IMG/VR virus record: IMGVR_UViG_3300043473_000054
DNA from: an uncultured virus (IMG/VR IMGVR_UViG_3300043473_000054)
Taxonomy: Duplodnaviria; Heunggongvirae; Uroviricota; Caudoviricetes
DNA: 64,000 nt
Reading direction: 5' to 3' (one strand)
A program made the position numbers and the translations under genes. Under the pieces are notes generated by a model that saw only the letters and a program-made list of their open reading frames with translations, was not told the origin of the DNA and did no database searches. Positions 18,985-28,549 of this stretch are shown here, piece after piece (the stretch's first letter is position 1; each line of letters begins with the position of its first letter).

Positions 18985-19862
18985 TGCACTGCCTTCTGCA
19001 GCGTCTCCAGCTTCATTGCGCCGGCCTTGCGCACTGCGAGCTGCATCGGCCGAGGGAGAGCATCCAAATCGCGGCGGAAGGCGGGCGACTCCCGCCATAC
19101 CAGCAGCTCGCTCTCGGTGCCCGTCTGCTGGATGTGCTCGATCATCTGATCACGCAGCAGGGCGCGGTCGGCGTTATCCAATTCATCTGGTTCTTCGAGG
19201 CTGTCCTGCAGCGTCTGCTTCAGGTCCGCGCCTGAGAACTCGGCGAGGCGCTTCTCAAACGTCTCCTCGGCAACGTCGCGCCAATCGGCGTTCCAAGCGT
19301 GATATTGCTGCGCCTGGTATTCAGTGCGGAGGCGCTCGACCTCCCGCGCGCTTTGGCAGTCCGCGAGCGCTGCCTTGAACTTTTCCCAATCCCCATCCCG
19401 CTTGGCGGCGGCGGAGGACTTGCGCGCCGGTAGGGCGGGCAGAGACTTCGCGCCATTACGAGCGCCTTCTTGGGCAGCGTTGCCGTCCTCGTCCTCTTCG
19501 GCGGCGATGCCAGTTATCGCTGCCCATGAGTAGCGGCGCGCATACGTGATCGCTGATCCCATCTCATGCGGCTTGCTGGAGTTCGGGAGCGGATAGACGC
19601 TCTCGATCCATTGGCCGCTCGAATGCGCGAGACGAGTAGCCAGCACCATGCCGTCGCCATTGAGCTTCGTCACCTGATGGATCGAAAGTCCGTATTTGGC
19701 GAGGTGCGGGACAGTGGCGTCACGGATGCTCGCGAGTGTCGCGTATTTGCTCTTGAAATGAGGGTTGGTGGCATCAAACGGAGCGTTGGACATTTCGCCC
19801 TGCGCCTTGGCAAGCGCCGCCATCAACTCGTTGACCGGCTCGCGTCCCAGTGTCTCACTCAT
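18981..19862 (-). CDS. erf: ERF-family single-strand annealing protein
   Basis: NPHFKSKYATL, HSSGQWI, GSAITYARRY..GI..EDEDG. Confidence 0.9.
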   Translation of the reverse strand: MSETLGREPVNELMAALAKAQGEMSNAPFDATNPHFKSKYATLASIRDATVPHLAKYGLSIHQVTKLNGDGMVLATRLAHSSGQWIESVYPLPNSSKPHEMGSAITYARRYSWAAITGIAAEEDEDGNAAQEGARNGAKSLPALPARKSSAAAKRDGDWEKFKAALADCQSAREVERLRTEYQAQQYHAWNADWRDVAEETFEKRLAEFSGADLKQTLQDSLEEPDELDNADRALLRDQMIEHIQQTGTESELLVWRESPAFRRDLDALPRPMQLAVRKAGAMKLETLQKAVQ

Positions 19863-20268
19863 GGCTGCCTCTTCTGCATGGCTTCCAGAGCCTTCCTGTG
19901 GGTGCCGCGCGCCTCATCGAGGGCGCTTGTGGCGATGCTTTCCAACTGCAGCATGAGAACTGCGAGGTAGTGGCTGTCCGGAGCGCCGTCGCCGTAGTCG
20001 CCGGCGATTTCTGCGATCTTCGTCAGCGCCTCGTCCAGGTCGGCGATGACGCTCTCCTGCCGGGCGACTTCCGTATGCAGTCGCTCGACCTCGGCGTCTG
20101 CCTCCATCTGCTTTTCCTCTTCCGGGCTCATGTAGTAGGGGTCGTCGTCGTCGCGGGTGCGAAGGTAGCTCATTGTCTGTTGGTTCACTCTGTTGATGGC
20201 TGCTGCGCCTTCGCGCAGTTCAGCGCGGGCGGCGCGGTGAAGGGCGAGCACTTCGTCGCGGGTGCTCA
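19859..20268 (-). CDS. Hypothetical early protein (start uncertain)
   Basis: C-terminal part homologous to 61979..62236. Confidence 0.6.
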
Positions 20269-20499
20269 TGGCTCTCTCTTCATGGGCCGCATGCAGGCTT
20301 CGTACATCCAGCCACCGGCAGAGGGGCGGGCGGACCATTCGTGAGCAGGCTTCGGTGTCGGATGCCAAGCGATGTCGTAACCAGGCTTTCCCCGGTAGGG
20401 CTGGAGGCGCATTACGCACGCTTCCCGCCATGTGCCGTTGTCGGTGCGGCATTCGATGATGTCGCCGACGCTGTAAGCGAATGAGATATCGCTCATCAT
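20266..20499 (-). CDS. Hypothetical early protein
   Basis: Tightly packed ORF in leftward operon. Confidence 0.55.
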   Translation of the reverse strand: MMSDISFAYSVGDIIECRTDNGTWREACVMRLQPYRGKPGYDIAWHPTPKPAHEWSARPSAGGWMYEACMRPMKREP

Positions 20500-20612
20500 T
20501 GGCTCACCAGTGCCGCGATGTCCGGCGCGAGGCCGTAGAGGAGGAGGGCGACCGCGGCGTTGAAAGCCGCGAGCGCGAGGAGCGACAGGATGTCGTCGAT
20601 GAGGGGATTCAT
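20496..20612 (-). CDS. 38-aa single-TM protein
   Basis: MNPLIDDILSLLALAAFN..; homolog at 62520..62636. Confidence 0.7.
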   Translation of the reverse strand: MNPLIDDILSLLALAAFNAAVALLLYGLAPDIAALVSQ

Positions 20613-20929
20613 GGTGCGCACTCCGGATAGAGCGGCTTGAGGCGATAGGAGATGCAGGGCGACTTGACGCCCTTCGACCATCCCTTGCGGATAGTGTTCA
20701 TGTCGGCCTCGCGCAGGCGTTTGACGGTGGCGGCGGAGCCATGCTTGCGCTGATAAGAGAGCGCCCAGCCTGCAGACCAATCGAAGGCGCAGGTGCGGAG
20801 GGCGTGCCGTACATCGGGATGACAAAGCTCAAAAGCTTCCGCATCGGTAATGCGGCCTTGAAAGCTCGAACCGGAATGAGCGTTCCCGCGCGGCATCACC
20901 AGTCCCGGCGTTCGATATCGAAAAGCCAA
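20609..20929 (-). CDS. Hypothetical early protein (start uncertain)
   Basis: Coupled ORF in leftward operon. Confidence 0.5.
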   Translation of the reverse strand: MAFRYRTPGLVMPRGNAHSGSSFQGRITDAEAFELCHPDVRHALRTCAFDWSAGWALSYQRKHGSAATVKRLREADMNTIRKGWSKGVKSPCISYRLKPLYPECAP

Positions 20930-21219
20930 TCGATGGCTTTGTCGTCGCTCTCAAATCCGTCATTGAAATACCCGCCGGGGCCGTGGATCTCGTAATCGCC
21001 AATGAACGCGCCGGACGTGGACCGCACCACGGAGTAGACGCTGCCGGAGGCGAAGCGGACGCGGTGGCAGTAATTGACGGGCCAGCCGATCCACACTTCC
21101 TCGACGGTGGGCTCCGGCGGCAGCTCGTCCTCGTCCTCCGGCTCCGGGCCGAGGAACTCATCGGCCGGGTTGGTTGCCCGGTAGCTATCGTTCGTTCTGT
21201 GCAGCACGGCTCGCTCCAT
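20896..21219 (-). CDS. First gene of leftward early operon
   Basis: Homolog at 62848..63198. Confidence 0.7.
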   Translation of the reverse strand: MERAVLHRTNDSYRATNPADEFLGPEPEDEDELPPEPTVEEVWIGWPVNYCHRVRFASGSVYSVVRSTSGAFIGDYEIHGPGGYFNDGFESDDKAIDWLFDIERRDW

Positions 21220-21230
21220 CGCGTATTTGA

Positions 21231-21268
21231 TGGAGGACACGTTATCCTCCATAGAGGACATCTGTCAA
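21231..21268 (-). promoter_or_regulatory. PL-like promoter with TGTCCTC operator half-sites
   Basis: Minus strand TTGACA-18 nt-TAACGT; TGTCCTC repeated here and at PR. Confidence 0.55.
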
Positions 21269-21492
21269 GCGGTGTAAGCGAAAAAAGATAGCATATGAAA
21301 ACGGAACGGGAACCCTTGTTTCAGGGTTCGGACTGTGTTTTCTTTGAAGTCTGGGGAGAGAGAAGTTGGTCAAACTTCCACGCACGAACGCCATAGCAGC
21401 GTTCACGCGAGATGCGGCTGCACTGAAAGCCGCGACCGCTGGGCTATCCGCTACTCAGGAAGACGATCTGCTGGCCGAGGGCCTGGCTCGCT

Positions 21493-21807
21493 TCAGCCCT
21501 TATCGCGTGCGAGGGATCGCGCAATCTCTAGAAGAAGCTGCTGCTGTACGTCAGGCAGATCAGACATCAGCAGGAGCAGGGCTTCGTGCGTCGGGGACAT
21601 CTCGATCCCGAGAATAATGTAAGTCACGCTGACGCCGATCTCGGAGCAGATTCTCACCAGCCTGGGGAGCGTCGGCTCCTTATCCTCTTTCAGAATGCCG
21701 TGAAGGTAGGACGCGCTGCAGCCGGCGGTCAGAGATATGGCGCGCATGCTTTTGCCGCTTTTATCCACGGCCTCCTGCAGCCGCTTACGCCACTCTTCCT
21801 CTGACAT
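21493..21807 (-). CDS. CI-like XRE HTH repressor (unit Y)
   Basis: SMRAISLTAG.SASYL..IL...EPTL HTH; divergent from cro-like gene. Confidence 0.8.
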   Translation of the reverse strand: MSEEEWRKRLQEAVDKSGKSMRAISLTAGCSASYLHGILKEDKEPTLPRLVRICSEIGVSVTYIILGIEMSPTHEALLLLMSDLPDVQQQLLLEIARSLARDKG

Positions 21808-21861
21808 GGCAGGCGCTTAGCACCCTTTCGCCAAAAATGTCTCGGCCACGATAGCTTACAC

Positions 21862-21896
21862 TTGACGTGTCCTCAAGCGCGTAGATAGTGTATGCT
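21862..21896 (+). promoter_or_regulatory. PR-like promoter
   Basis: TTGACG-18 nt-TAGTGT containing TGTCCTC. Confidence 0.5.
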
Positions 21897-22124
21897 ATGG
21901 AAGACGCCCTGCTTCGCGAGATCCGCACATTCCTGGCCGAAAGCCGCATGTCGCCAACCTATTTCGGCAAGGCGGCGGTCGGGAATTCCGAAATGGTCGG
22001 CCGGCTTGAGGCGGGCAATACGGTCACGCTGCGCACGGCCGAGAAGGCGCGGAAGTTCATAGCCTCGCGGCGCGCACTCCGCCGATCGTTTCGGCGCAGC
22101 ATGGCGGAGGGAGCGGCCGAGTGA
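21897..22124 (+). CDS. Cro-like HTH protein
   Basis: MSPTYFGKAAVGN..V.RLEAG motif. Confidence 0.75.
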   Translation: MEDALLREIRTFLAESRMSPTYFGKAAVGNSEMVGRLEAGNTVTLRTAEKARKFIASRRALRRSFRRSMAEGAAE

Positions 22125-22372
22125 CCGCCACCATCCACCCCTTCCGTAAAAGCCTGGGTCGCGGTCCTCGCTCCTGGGCTTCAGGCCGGGTGGAGTGCGA
22201 GCTTCACCCGGCCGCTCTCCAGCAGCAGGAGGAGACGCTCCATCAGGCACATTGGAACATCGCCGAGGCGTGGCGCCTGAAGGCGGAGAGCGAGGCGGTG
22301 CGGCGCCGCTACGAGGCGCGGCAGGCGCGGATCGAGGATCTCATGCGGCGCTATGACGTGGAGCGGGCATGA
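22121..22372 (+). CDS. Hypothetical protein
   Basis: GTGA/ATGA coupling. Confidence 0.55.
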   Translation: MTATIHPFRKSLGRGPRSWASGRVECELHPAALQQQEETLHQAHWNIAEAWRLKAESEAVRRRYEARQARIEDLMRRYDVERA

Positions 22373-22578
22373 GCAAGTCCATCAAGGAGCAACTGGTGGA
22401 ACTGGCGGCAAGACGCGGCTGCCACGATCCGCTGAACATCAACGCATGGCTGGCCGCCGAGAACGACAGGGTGGAAGTCACGCCAGGGCGGCGCGTGAAG
22501 ATCCCTTACCGGCGTGCCGATGGCGGGCCGCGCCTGCCGGCGCAGGACGAAAACACGCGCGCCAGGAAGCCCGGATGA
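22369..22578 (+). CDS. Hypothetical protein
   Basis: ATGA coupling. Confidence 0.5.
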   Translation: MSKSIKEQLVELAARRGCHDPLNINAWLAAENDRVEVTPGRRVKIPYRRADGGPRLPAQDENTRARKPG

Positions 22579-22823
22579 GTGAAGCCCTCATCGACCGCAT
22601 CGCCAACGCCCTGCAGGCGCACCGCGACACGATCCTGTCGCTGCAGGAATTGGCCAGCGAGCTGCAGGACTTCACGTCGCGTGCGCGTGAGCTGGCGGAC
22701 CGGCTAGAAGCAGCTCCAGCGGTGCGCGCCACCCTCGTCCAAGCGCAGTCCTATGAGGCGCCGATGGATGTGACCCGCATGCCGGCAATCCTGCATGGCG
22801 GGCCAGTGAGGGGAGAGCGGTGA
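22575..22823 (+). CDS. Hypothetical coiled-coil protein
   Basis: MSEALIDRIA..; ATGA coupling. Confidence 0.55.
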   Translation: MSEALIDRIANALQAHRDTILSLQELASELQDFTSRARELADRLEAAPAVRATLVQAQSYEAPMDVTRMPAILHGGPVRGER

Positions 22824-22824
22824 A

Positions 22825-23352
22825 GTGGGAAACTGCCGCATTCACGACTGGACGGACGCGCGGATTGCGCTGCTCACAGAGCTGTGGCTCGGCGGCGTGA
22901 CGGGCGGCGAGATCGGCCGCCAGATGGGTGTCTCGCGTAGTGCCTGCATGGGCAAGCTTCGCAGGCTCGGCCTGCTGCGCCAGGACCGGCCGCGGATGCC
23001 GATTGTGCGGCGGGTTGCTCGAAACCTGCTCAAAACCACTGAGCAGGTGAGCAAGCGCCCGAACAAGCAGCCACTGCCGCCGCCGGAGCCATACCAGGCT
23101 CCCCCTCCTCCGCCCGTGCCGCCGATCGGCAGCTTCGACTTGCTGGAGCTGCGACATGGGCACTGCCGCTGGCCTGAGGGGCATCGGGCTCCCTACCGCT
23201 TCTGTGGTGCGCCCCAGGCGTCGCAGTCGAGCTACTGCTCCGAGCATGCGCGGCTCTCTCTGTCGCACGGCAGCCAGCGCGACTTCGACCGCCAGGCCGA
23301 GCAGGCGCTAGCGGGCAAGCTCTTCACCAGCCGCGCAGGCATTGAGCAATGA
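22825..23352 (+). CDS. gcrA: GcrA-like cell-cycle regulator
   Basis: WTDARI..L..LW..G..SRSACMGKLRRLGL and LLEL..CRWP.G..FCG..SYC..H. Confidence 0.85.
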   Translation: MGNCRIHDWTDARIALLTELWLGGVTGGEIGRQMGVSRSACMGKLRRLGLLRQDRPRMPIVRRVARNLLKTTEQVSKRPNKQPLPPPEPYQAPPPPPVPPIGSFDLLELRHGHCRWPEGHRAPYRFCGAPQASQSSYCSEHARLSLSHGSQRDFDRQAEQALAGKLFTSRAGIEQ

Positions 23353-23555
23353 CCATGCGCCTCGTCCCCTACGCCGGAACGGAGCGGCCTCGCCCTCGCC
23401 CACTGCGCGAGAAGGACCGCCGCGCGGCATTGCTGGCGAAGATCATGGTGCGCCAGCGGCAGGGCCGGCTGCTCTCCGAGATAGGCGTGGAGTTCGGCTC
23501 GCACATCATGGTGCGGTCGGTGGTGCTGGTGTGGCTGTTCGAGGCGGCGGCATGA
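23349..23555 (+). CDS. Hypothetical protein
   Basis: ATGA coupling. Confidence 0.45.
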   Translation: MTMRLVPYAGTERPRPRPLREKDRRAALLAKIMVRQRQGRLLSEIGVEFGSHIMVRSVVLVWLFEAAA

Positions 23556-24280
23556 GCGGGCGCGTCGAGCAGATCGGCGACTGTATGCTGGTGCTCGGCG
23601 ACTGCCGGGAGGTGCTCCCGACGCTTGGGCGCGTCGATGCTGTGGTGAGTGATCCGCCGTATGGAATCCAGTTTCGGTATGGCGGAGAATACCGAGACTT
23701 AAGAGGGTCTGCATACGTTAATATGCTGGCAGCATTGAAGCCCTTTCCCCGTTGCTTATTGCAGTATCCAGAAGAAACGATGGAATATTTCGTCCCGCTG
23801 TTCGGGGCTCCAAATGAATGCTTCATTTGGGTTTACAATTCGAATATCGCGAGACAGGCGAGAATATTCTCGTTTTGGGGGCTTGATGTAGACTTGTCTC
23901 GCGTTCGAGTGCCAGCCAAAAATCCTACAGATCCAAGAGTGAGTTCTTTAGTCACTTCCTACGACTGGACTGCAGATTTTCAGCAAGTCAAGAACGTCTC
24001 CCGAGAAAAGACGAAACATCCTTGCCAGGTTCCTTCAGGACTAATGGAGCGTATCGTCACGTTTATTCGCAGCGATACCGTCATCGACCCCTTCATGGGC
24101 AGCGGCACGACCGGCGTCGCGTGCGTCAAGCTAGGCCGCAAATTCATCGGCATCGAGATTGAGCCGAAGTACTTCGACATCGCCTGCCGTCGCATCGAAG
24201 CCGCCTACGCGCAGCCGGACCTGTTCATTGAGCCTGCCCCGAAGGAAGTGCAGCCGTCGCTCTTCGAGGCGGCGGCATGA
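23552..24280 (+). CDS. N4/N6 DNA methyltransferase (beta-type motif order)
   Basis: DPPY then HP and DPFMGSGTTG..FIGIE. Confidence 0.9.
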   Translation: MSGRVEQIGDCMLVLGDCREVLPTLGRVDAVVSDPPYGIQFRYGGEYRDLRGSAYVNMLAALKPFPRCLLQYPEETMEYFVPLFGAPNECFIWVYNSNIARQARIFSFWGLDVDLSRVRVPAKNPTDPRVSSLVTSYDWTADFQQVKNVSREKTKHPCQVPSGLMERIVTFIRSDTVIDPFMGSGTTGVACVKLGRKFIGIEIEPKYFDIACRRIEAAYAQPDLFIEPAPKEVQPSLFEAAA

Positions 24281-24687
24281 AGCGCCCTCGCGACTTATTC
24301 GGCCATGTGATCAAAGGCCCGCGCGAGGACGCCATACAGGAGGCGATCGTCCAGCTCCTGCGCCTCGCCGCCGACCGGCGCACGATCTATCTCGCGATCC
24401 CGAACGGTATTCCCGCCTCGCCCAGGATAGGCGCGCGCTTCGTCAAGCACGGGCTGTTGGCGGGGGCACCGGATCTGCTCATCATCACGCCGGACGGACG
24501 GACGAACTTCCTTGAGGTGAAGGCGCCGGACGGCAGACAGTCAGAGGCGCAGAAGGCCTTCCAGGCGCGCTGCGCTGTGGTGCGGTTGAACTATTCGGTC
24601 GTGCGCTCGCTCGGCGAGGCAGAGGTAGTGCTCACCAAGTGGGGAGCACTACGGACGCGCGAGCGTGACGTGAGTGTAGCGGCGTAG
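24277..24687 (+). CDS. VRR-NUC-domain nuclease
   Basis: IPNG..G.PDL..FLEVK..GRQSEAQ. Confidence 0.85.
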   Translation: MKRPRDLFGHVIKGPREDAIQEAIVQLLRLAADRRTIYLAIPNGIPASPRIGARFVKHGLLAGAPDLLIITPDGRTNFLEVKAPDGRQSEAQKAFQARCAVVRLNYSVVRSLGEAEVVLTKWGALRTRERDVSVAA

Positions 24688-24841
24688 CGTTAAAGCGTCT
24701 CAGGCCGGAGGGCTCCTTCCTCCGGCCTGACGATTATTGAAGCCTGTAACCCTTACAGAAGGCCTCAATGCTTGTGACAAAAGCAGTTTTACAGCGCTTG
24801 TCAATAATCATTGGCGTTCTATTGCGTAATACTACGCAGGG

Positions 24842-25339
24842 ATGTGCGGCATAATGAGCGTCGCCGCCAATGATCCGATTGCGCCGCCTGAGTGTCCGCA
24901 TGCGGAATTGCAGTCGGTAAAATACATAACCGCAAACGGACTCTGGCAGCATCGCCGCCAGTGTATCGAGTGCGGCAAATTCCTCGCCGGCTCGCTACCG
25001 CACAATCGCCTGCCGGCCGACGCCCCGGTAATCACCGCCGCCGAATACCAGAAGCGCCAGGACAGCGAATGGGAGCGGGAGGCGGCGCGCGTCGAGAGCC
25101 TGCGCAAATCCAAGCGGCAGGAATGGCTGCGCGAGCACGACCTCTACCTTCAGACTCCGCAATGGCGCCTAAAGCGCAAGGCGGTGTTGGACCGCTGCCA
25201 CTATGTCTGTGAAGGCTGCGGCCTGCAGAGCGCCGTGCAGGTGCATCATCTGACCTATACGCACTGGAAAAACGAATTTCTGTTTCAATTGGTCGGGCTC
25301 TGCGCCGGATGCCATGAGCGATTACATGAGGGGAGCTAG
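24842..25339 (+). CDS. HNH/zinc-finger protein
   Basis: YL.TPQW..KR..V..CEGCG..VHHLTY..LC..CH. Confidence 0.75.
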   Translation: MCGIMSVAANDPIAPPECPHAELQSVKYITANGLWQHRRQCIECGKFLAGSLPHNRLPADAPVITAAEYQKRQDSEWEREAARVESLRKSKRQEWLREHDLYLQTPQWRLKRKAVLDRCHYVCEGCGLQSAVQVHHLTYTHWKNEFLFQLVGLCAGCHERLHEGS

Positions 25340-27214
25340 ATGCAACAGCTCCCGGACTTTTCATCCTATTGCGAGAGGCTTTGCCGGCACTATTGGGGCG
25401 ATCCGACGCGCGAAACCAAAGCGCAATTGCGCTGGCTGGAACGCGACAACGATTATGGCGGCAAGTCCTACGATCGCGGCAAGCGGGTCTGGTATGACCG
25501 CGGCCTGGCGCGCGGCGGCTCCACGATCGAACTGATCCAAGAGCAGCAGGGGATCGAGGACTTCATTGACGCCTGGCGCTGGGGCCATGCCAACGGCTTC
25601 ATCGAGCAGCCGCCTGCCGATATTCCAGCCGGAATAGCTGCGACATATGACTATGTCGACGAGACGGGAGCGCTGCTGTTCCAGACGGTGCGGCTCCAGC
25701 CAAAGGCATTCCGGCAACGCCGGCCACTGAATGGCGGGGGGTGGGAATGGCGCACCAAGGGCGTGCGTCAGATACCCTATCGCCTGCCCGGACTGCTCAA
25801 GGCAATGGAAGCCGGGCGCGTGGTCTTTATTGTCGAGGGGGAGAAGGACGCCGACACTCTCGCCCGCCACGATATTGCCGGGACGACGAATGCCATGGGG
25901 GCCGGCAAGTGGCGCGATGCGCTGGCCGAGTTCTTCCAGGGCGCCTTGGCGGTCATCATCCAGGACAACGATTTGCCGGGGCGCGAGCACGCGCTTTCGG
26001 TATATCGCTCGCTGGAGGGCGTGGCCGAGCGCGTGCGCATCCTCGACCTCACCAGCATCTGGCCGGAATGCCCCGACAAGGGCGACGTTTCCGATTGGTT
26101 GGAACGCGGCGGAACGGCGGAACGGTTGCTCGTCACGGCCGATCAATTGCTACGCGATGAGCCGAAAATCCACTACGGCAATGGTGCCGCAAAAGAAGCG
26201 CCGGGAAGCCGGCTCCCGGCGATCCTGTCAACCGTCGAGTTCCTGGCCAGCTTCCAGGCCCCAGATCCGCTCGTCGAGGGGCTCATCCAGCGGCGTTTCT
26301 TCTATTCGATGACTGGCGCTACAGGATCAGGCAAGACCGGGGTATCCCTGCTTCTGGCCGGCTGCTGCGCTGTTGCACAACCCTTCGCTGGCCAGCATGT
26401 CAGCGGCGGCCGGGTGCTGTATCTCGCCGGAGAAAACCCGACCGACGTGCAAATGCGATGGGATGCCATGCTGCCGGAGTTTGGCCGCGGCACAGACATC
26501 AACGTTTTCTTCATGCCCGGCATATTCGACATCAGCGGGCTGGAAACGCGCATCGCAGCCGAGGTCGAAAAGCTCGGCGGCGTGGCACTGGTCATTATCG
26601 ACACCGCCGCGGCGTATTTCCTCGGCGATGAGGAGAACAGCAATTCCCAGCTCGGCGCCTATGCGCGACGCCTGCGCCGGCTCACCAACCTTCCGGGCGG
26701 ACCATGCATCATCGCCAACTGCCATCCGGTGAAGAACGCTGCAAGCGATAACCTGATACCGCGCGGCGGCGGAGCCTTCATTGCCGAGGTTGATGGCAAC
26801 CTGACGCTAGCGCGCGACGACCAGAGCCTCGCATTGCACTGGCAAGGCAAATTCCGCGGCTCGGACTTCGATCAAGTCGCCTTCGAGCTCGTTTCGTCCG
26901 ACTGCTCGACGCTGCGGGACAGCGGCGGTCGGGTGCTGAAGACGGTGATCGTCCGTTCCATGTCGGCGGCGCAGGAAACGCAGCGGGAGCGAAACGCCCG
27001 TTCTACCGAGGACGCGCTGCTGCTGGAAATGCGCGACAACTCGAATGCGTCGATTGAGGGGCTGCGCGTCGGACTGCGCTGGCCGAGCAAGCAGTCGGTG
27101 CATCGGGTGATGATGCGTCTAAAGCAGGAGCGCTTTGTGCAGAAATCCCGTGGCCGATGGGAGCTTACCGAGGCTGGTCGCAAGGAGGCCAAAAATGCTT
27201 CTACGCCGGCTTAG
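25340..27214 (+). CDS. Primase (TOPRIM)-helicase (RepA/AAA_25-like) fusion
   Basis: IVEGEKDAD, DNDxxG, KGDVSDW; Walker A GATGSGKT, Walker B VIIDT. Confidence 0.85.
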   Translation: MQQLPDFSSYCERLCRHYWGDPTRETKAQLRWLERDNDYGGKSYDRGKRVWYDRGLARGGSTIELIQEQQGIEDFIDAWRWGHANGFIEQPPADIPAGIAATYDYVDETGALLFQTVRLQPKAFRQRRPLNGGGWEWRTKGVRQIPYRLPGLLKAMEAGRVVFIVEGEKDADTLARHDIAGTTNAMGAGKWRDALAEFFQGALAVIIQDNDLPGREHALSVYRSLEGVAERVRILDLTSIWPECPDKGDVSDWLERGGTAERLLVTADQLLRDEPKIHYGNGAAKEAPGSRLPAILSTVEFLASFQAPDPLVEGLIQRRFFYSMTGATGSGKTGVSLLLAGCCAVAQPFAGQHVSGGRVLYLAGENPTDVQMRWDAMLPEFGRGTDINVFFMPGIFDISGLETRIAAEVEKLGGVALVIIDTAAAYFLGDEENSNSQLGAYARRLRRLTNLPGGPCIIANCHPVKNAASDNLIPRGGGAFIAEVDGNLTLARDDQSLALHWQGKFRGSDFDQVAFELVSSDCSTLRDSGGRVLKTVIVRSMSAAQETQRERNARSTEDALLLEMRDNSNASIEGLRVGLRWPSKQSVHRVMMRLKQERFVQKSRGRWELTEAGRKEAKNASTPA

Positions 27215-27218
27215 CAAT

Positions 27219-27418
27219 CGTTCCGAATTGGCAAAAAACAATGTGGAACGGCAAATCCAAACGTTCCGGATTATCGTTCCGCGGAACGAAATGGCGGAAC
27301 GACAGTACAAAAATCGCTCTACTCTCCTAGAGAACGGCGGCGTTCCAGCGGAACGGCCTCGCCCCAAAGCGCAGTCCCCGGACGGAGCGTTTTGGGGGTG
27401 CGTTTTGGCCGGAACGTT
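27219..27418. repeat. Cluster of GGAACG/CGTTCC hexamers, putative replication origin
   Basis: About nine copies in both orientations within 200 bp after the primase-helicase gene. Confidence 0.6.
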
Positions 27419-27531
27419 TCTTCCTCTTACTAGGGGGGTAGTAGGGGGGCCGGCCCCGGCCGATACCTCGGTATAGTTTGCCATCCGCGCGAACCGGCTT
27501 AGTGGGGCGTGGGGGCAGAATGGGAGTTTGC

Positions 27532-28047
27532 ATGGCGCGGGCAGGGCGCAAGCGCAAGGATGTTCCACGGCGCAAGGACGGCGGGCGCGTGGACTGGCGG
27601 CAGCTCGCCGAAGACCCGAGCCTGCTCACCAAGTGGACGAGGGCGCGCGACAACATCCTCGGCTATGGCGGCGATCCCTACCTCGCCAGCCAGGCCGGCA
27701 AGCTGTTTGTGTTCCGAAAGCTGAGTGTGCTTGAGATCGAGGCTGCCAAGCGCTGGAGCGTTTTGCTCGCCGAATATGATCGCCTGATCCTAGGAATGGC
27801 CCGCACAGCCCCTAGCGTGACGCTGGAGCGCGTTTCGAGGGGTGGGGGGCATGCCGACAGCCCGGAAGAGATAAAACGCTTCCTTGGTCGCTTCCAGGCC
27901 GCGCAAACAGCTATCTCAATGGCTGGGACGCCAGCGCTCAATGCGCTCAATAGGCTGTGTCATGACGAGGCGTCGTCCAGCGTCCTGCCGGAGGCACGCA
28001 AGGCTCTCGCACAACTGGTGGTTCATTTCCGGCTTGACGCGGCGTGA
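27532..28047 (+). CDS. Hypothetical protein, possible late-transcription regulator
   Basis: GGGAG RBS before MARAGRKRK; last early gene. Confidence 0.6.
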   Translation: MARAGRKRKDVPRRKDGGRVDWRQLAEDPSLLTKWTRARDNILGYGGDPYLASQAGKLFVFRKLSVLEIEAAKRWSVLLAEYDRLILGMARTAPSVTLERVSRGGGHADSPEEIKRFLGRFQAAQTAISMAGTPALNALNRLCHDEASSSVLPEARKALAQLVVHFRLDAA

Positions 28048-28073
28048 ATTCCGTGGCGAAATAGAGCCTCACA

Positions 28074-28111
28074 CCTCGCCGCCCATCAATTGGGCCGCGG
28101 GGTTTTTTGTT
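28074..28111 (+). terminator. Rho-independent terminator
   Basis: GCCCA/TGGGC stem with extension, followed by TTTTTTGTT. Confidence 0.65.
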
Positions 28112-28307
28112 GCCCGGTGCATGCTCCTCCCTGGCACCGGGAATGTTCGGGGGCCTCGCCAAGACCCAGCCCAAAACCCCGTGGTGGGGCCTCCGGGCGT
28201 TCTGGAATAGCGATTGCTGACGCAGGAAGGCACCGCCAGCGCGTCTTTCGGCGCTGGAGGCTTCATGGTAGCGGGCAAGAGCCCAAACGCAAAATGGAAC
28301 GGTTTTA

Positions 28308-28457
28308 CTAGGACTCGGTGACTTCCGCGTCCGGCACGGTCTTCTGCGAGCCGTCGGGAAGCTGGATCACTGACTTCGGCTTGGCGGCATCGAAGCCCTG
28401 GTCGCCCTGCTTGGCTGGGCGCACAACGGTAACCTGCTTGCCTTGATAGACGGGCAT
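28308..28457 (-). CDS. 49-aa antisense accessory protein
   Basis: GGGAGGAG RBS; MPVYQGKQVTVVRPAK.. Confidence 0.6.
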   Translation of the reverse strand: MPVYQGKQVTVVRPAKQGDQGFDAAKPKSVIQLPDGSQKTVPDAEVTES

Positions 28458-28549
28458 GGGGGATCTCCTCCCGCCGGGATGGCGGGAGTCAGCTAAACGC
28501 GCACGGGTGGCGTTGTGTTGCCCATTCTCTCCGGTAAGGAGGCAATCAC

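Noticed and set aside
1..22100. Simple terminal redundancy or duplicated assembly of one circular phage
   Set aside because: The copies differ by whole genes, alleles and many substitutions; they are related genomes, not one sequence repeated
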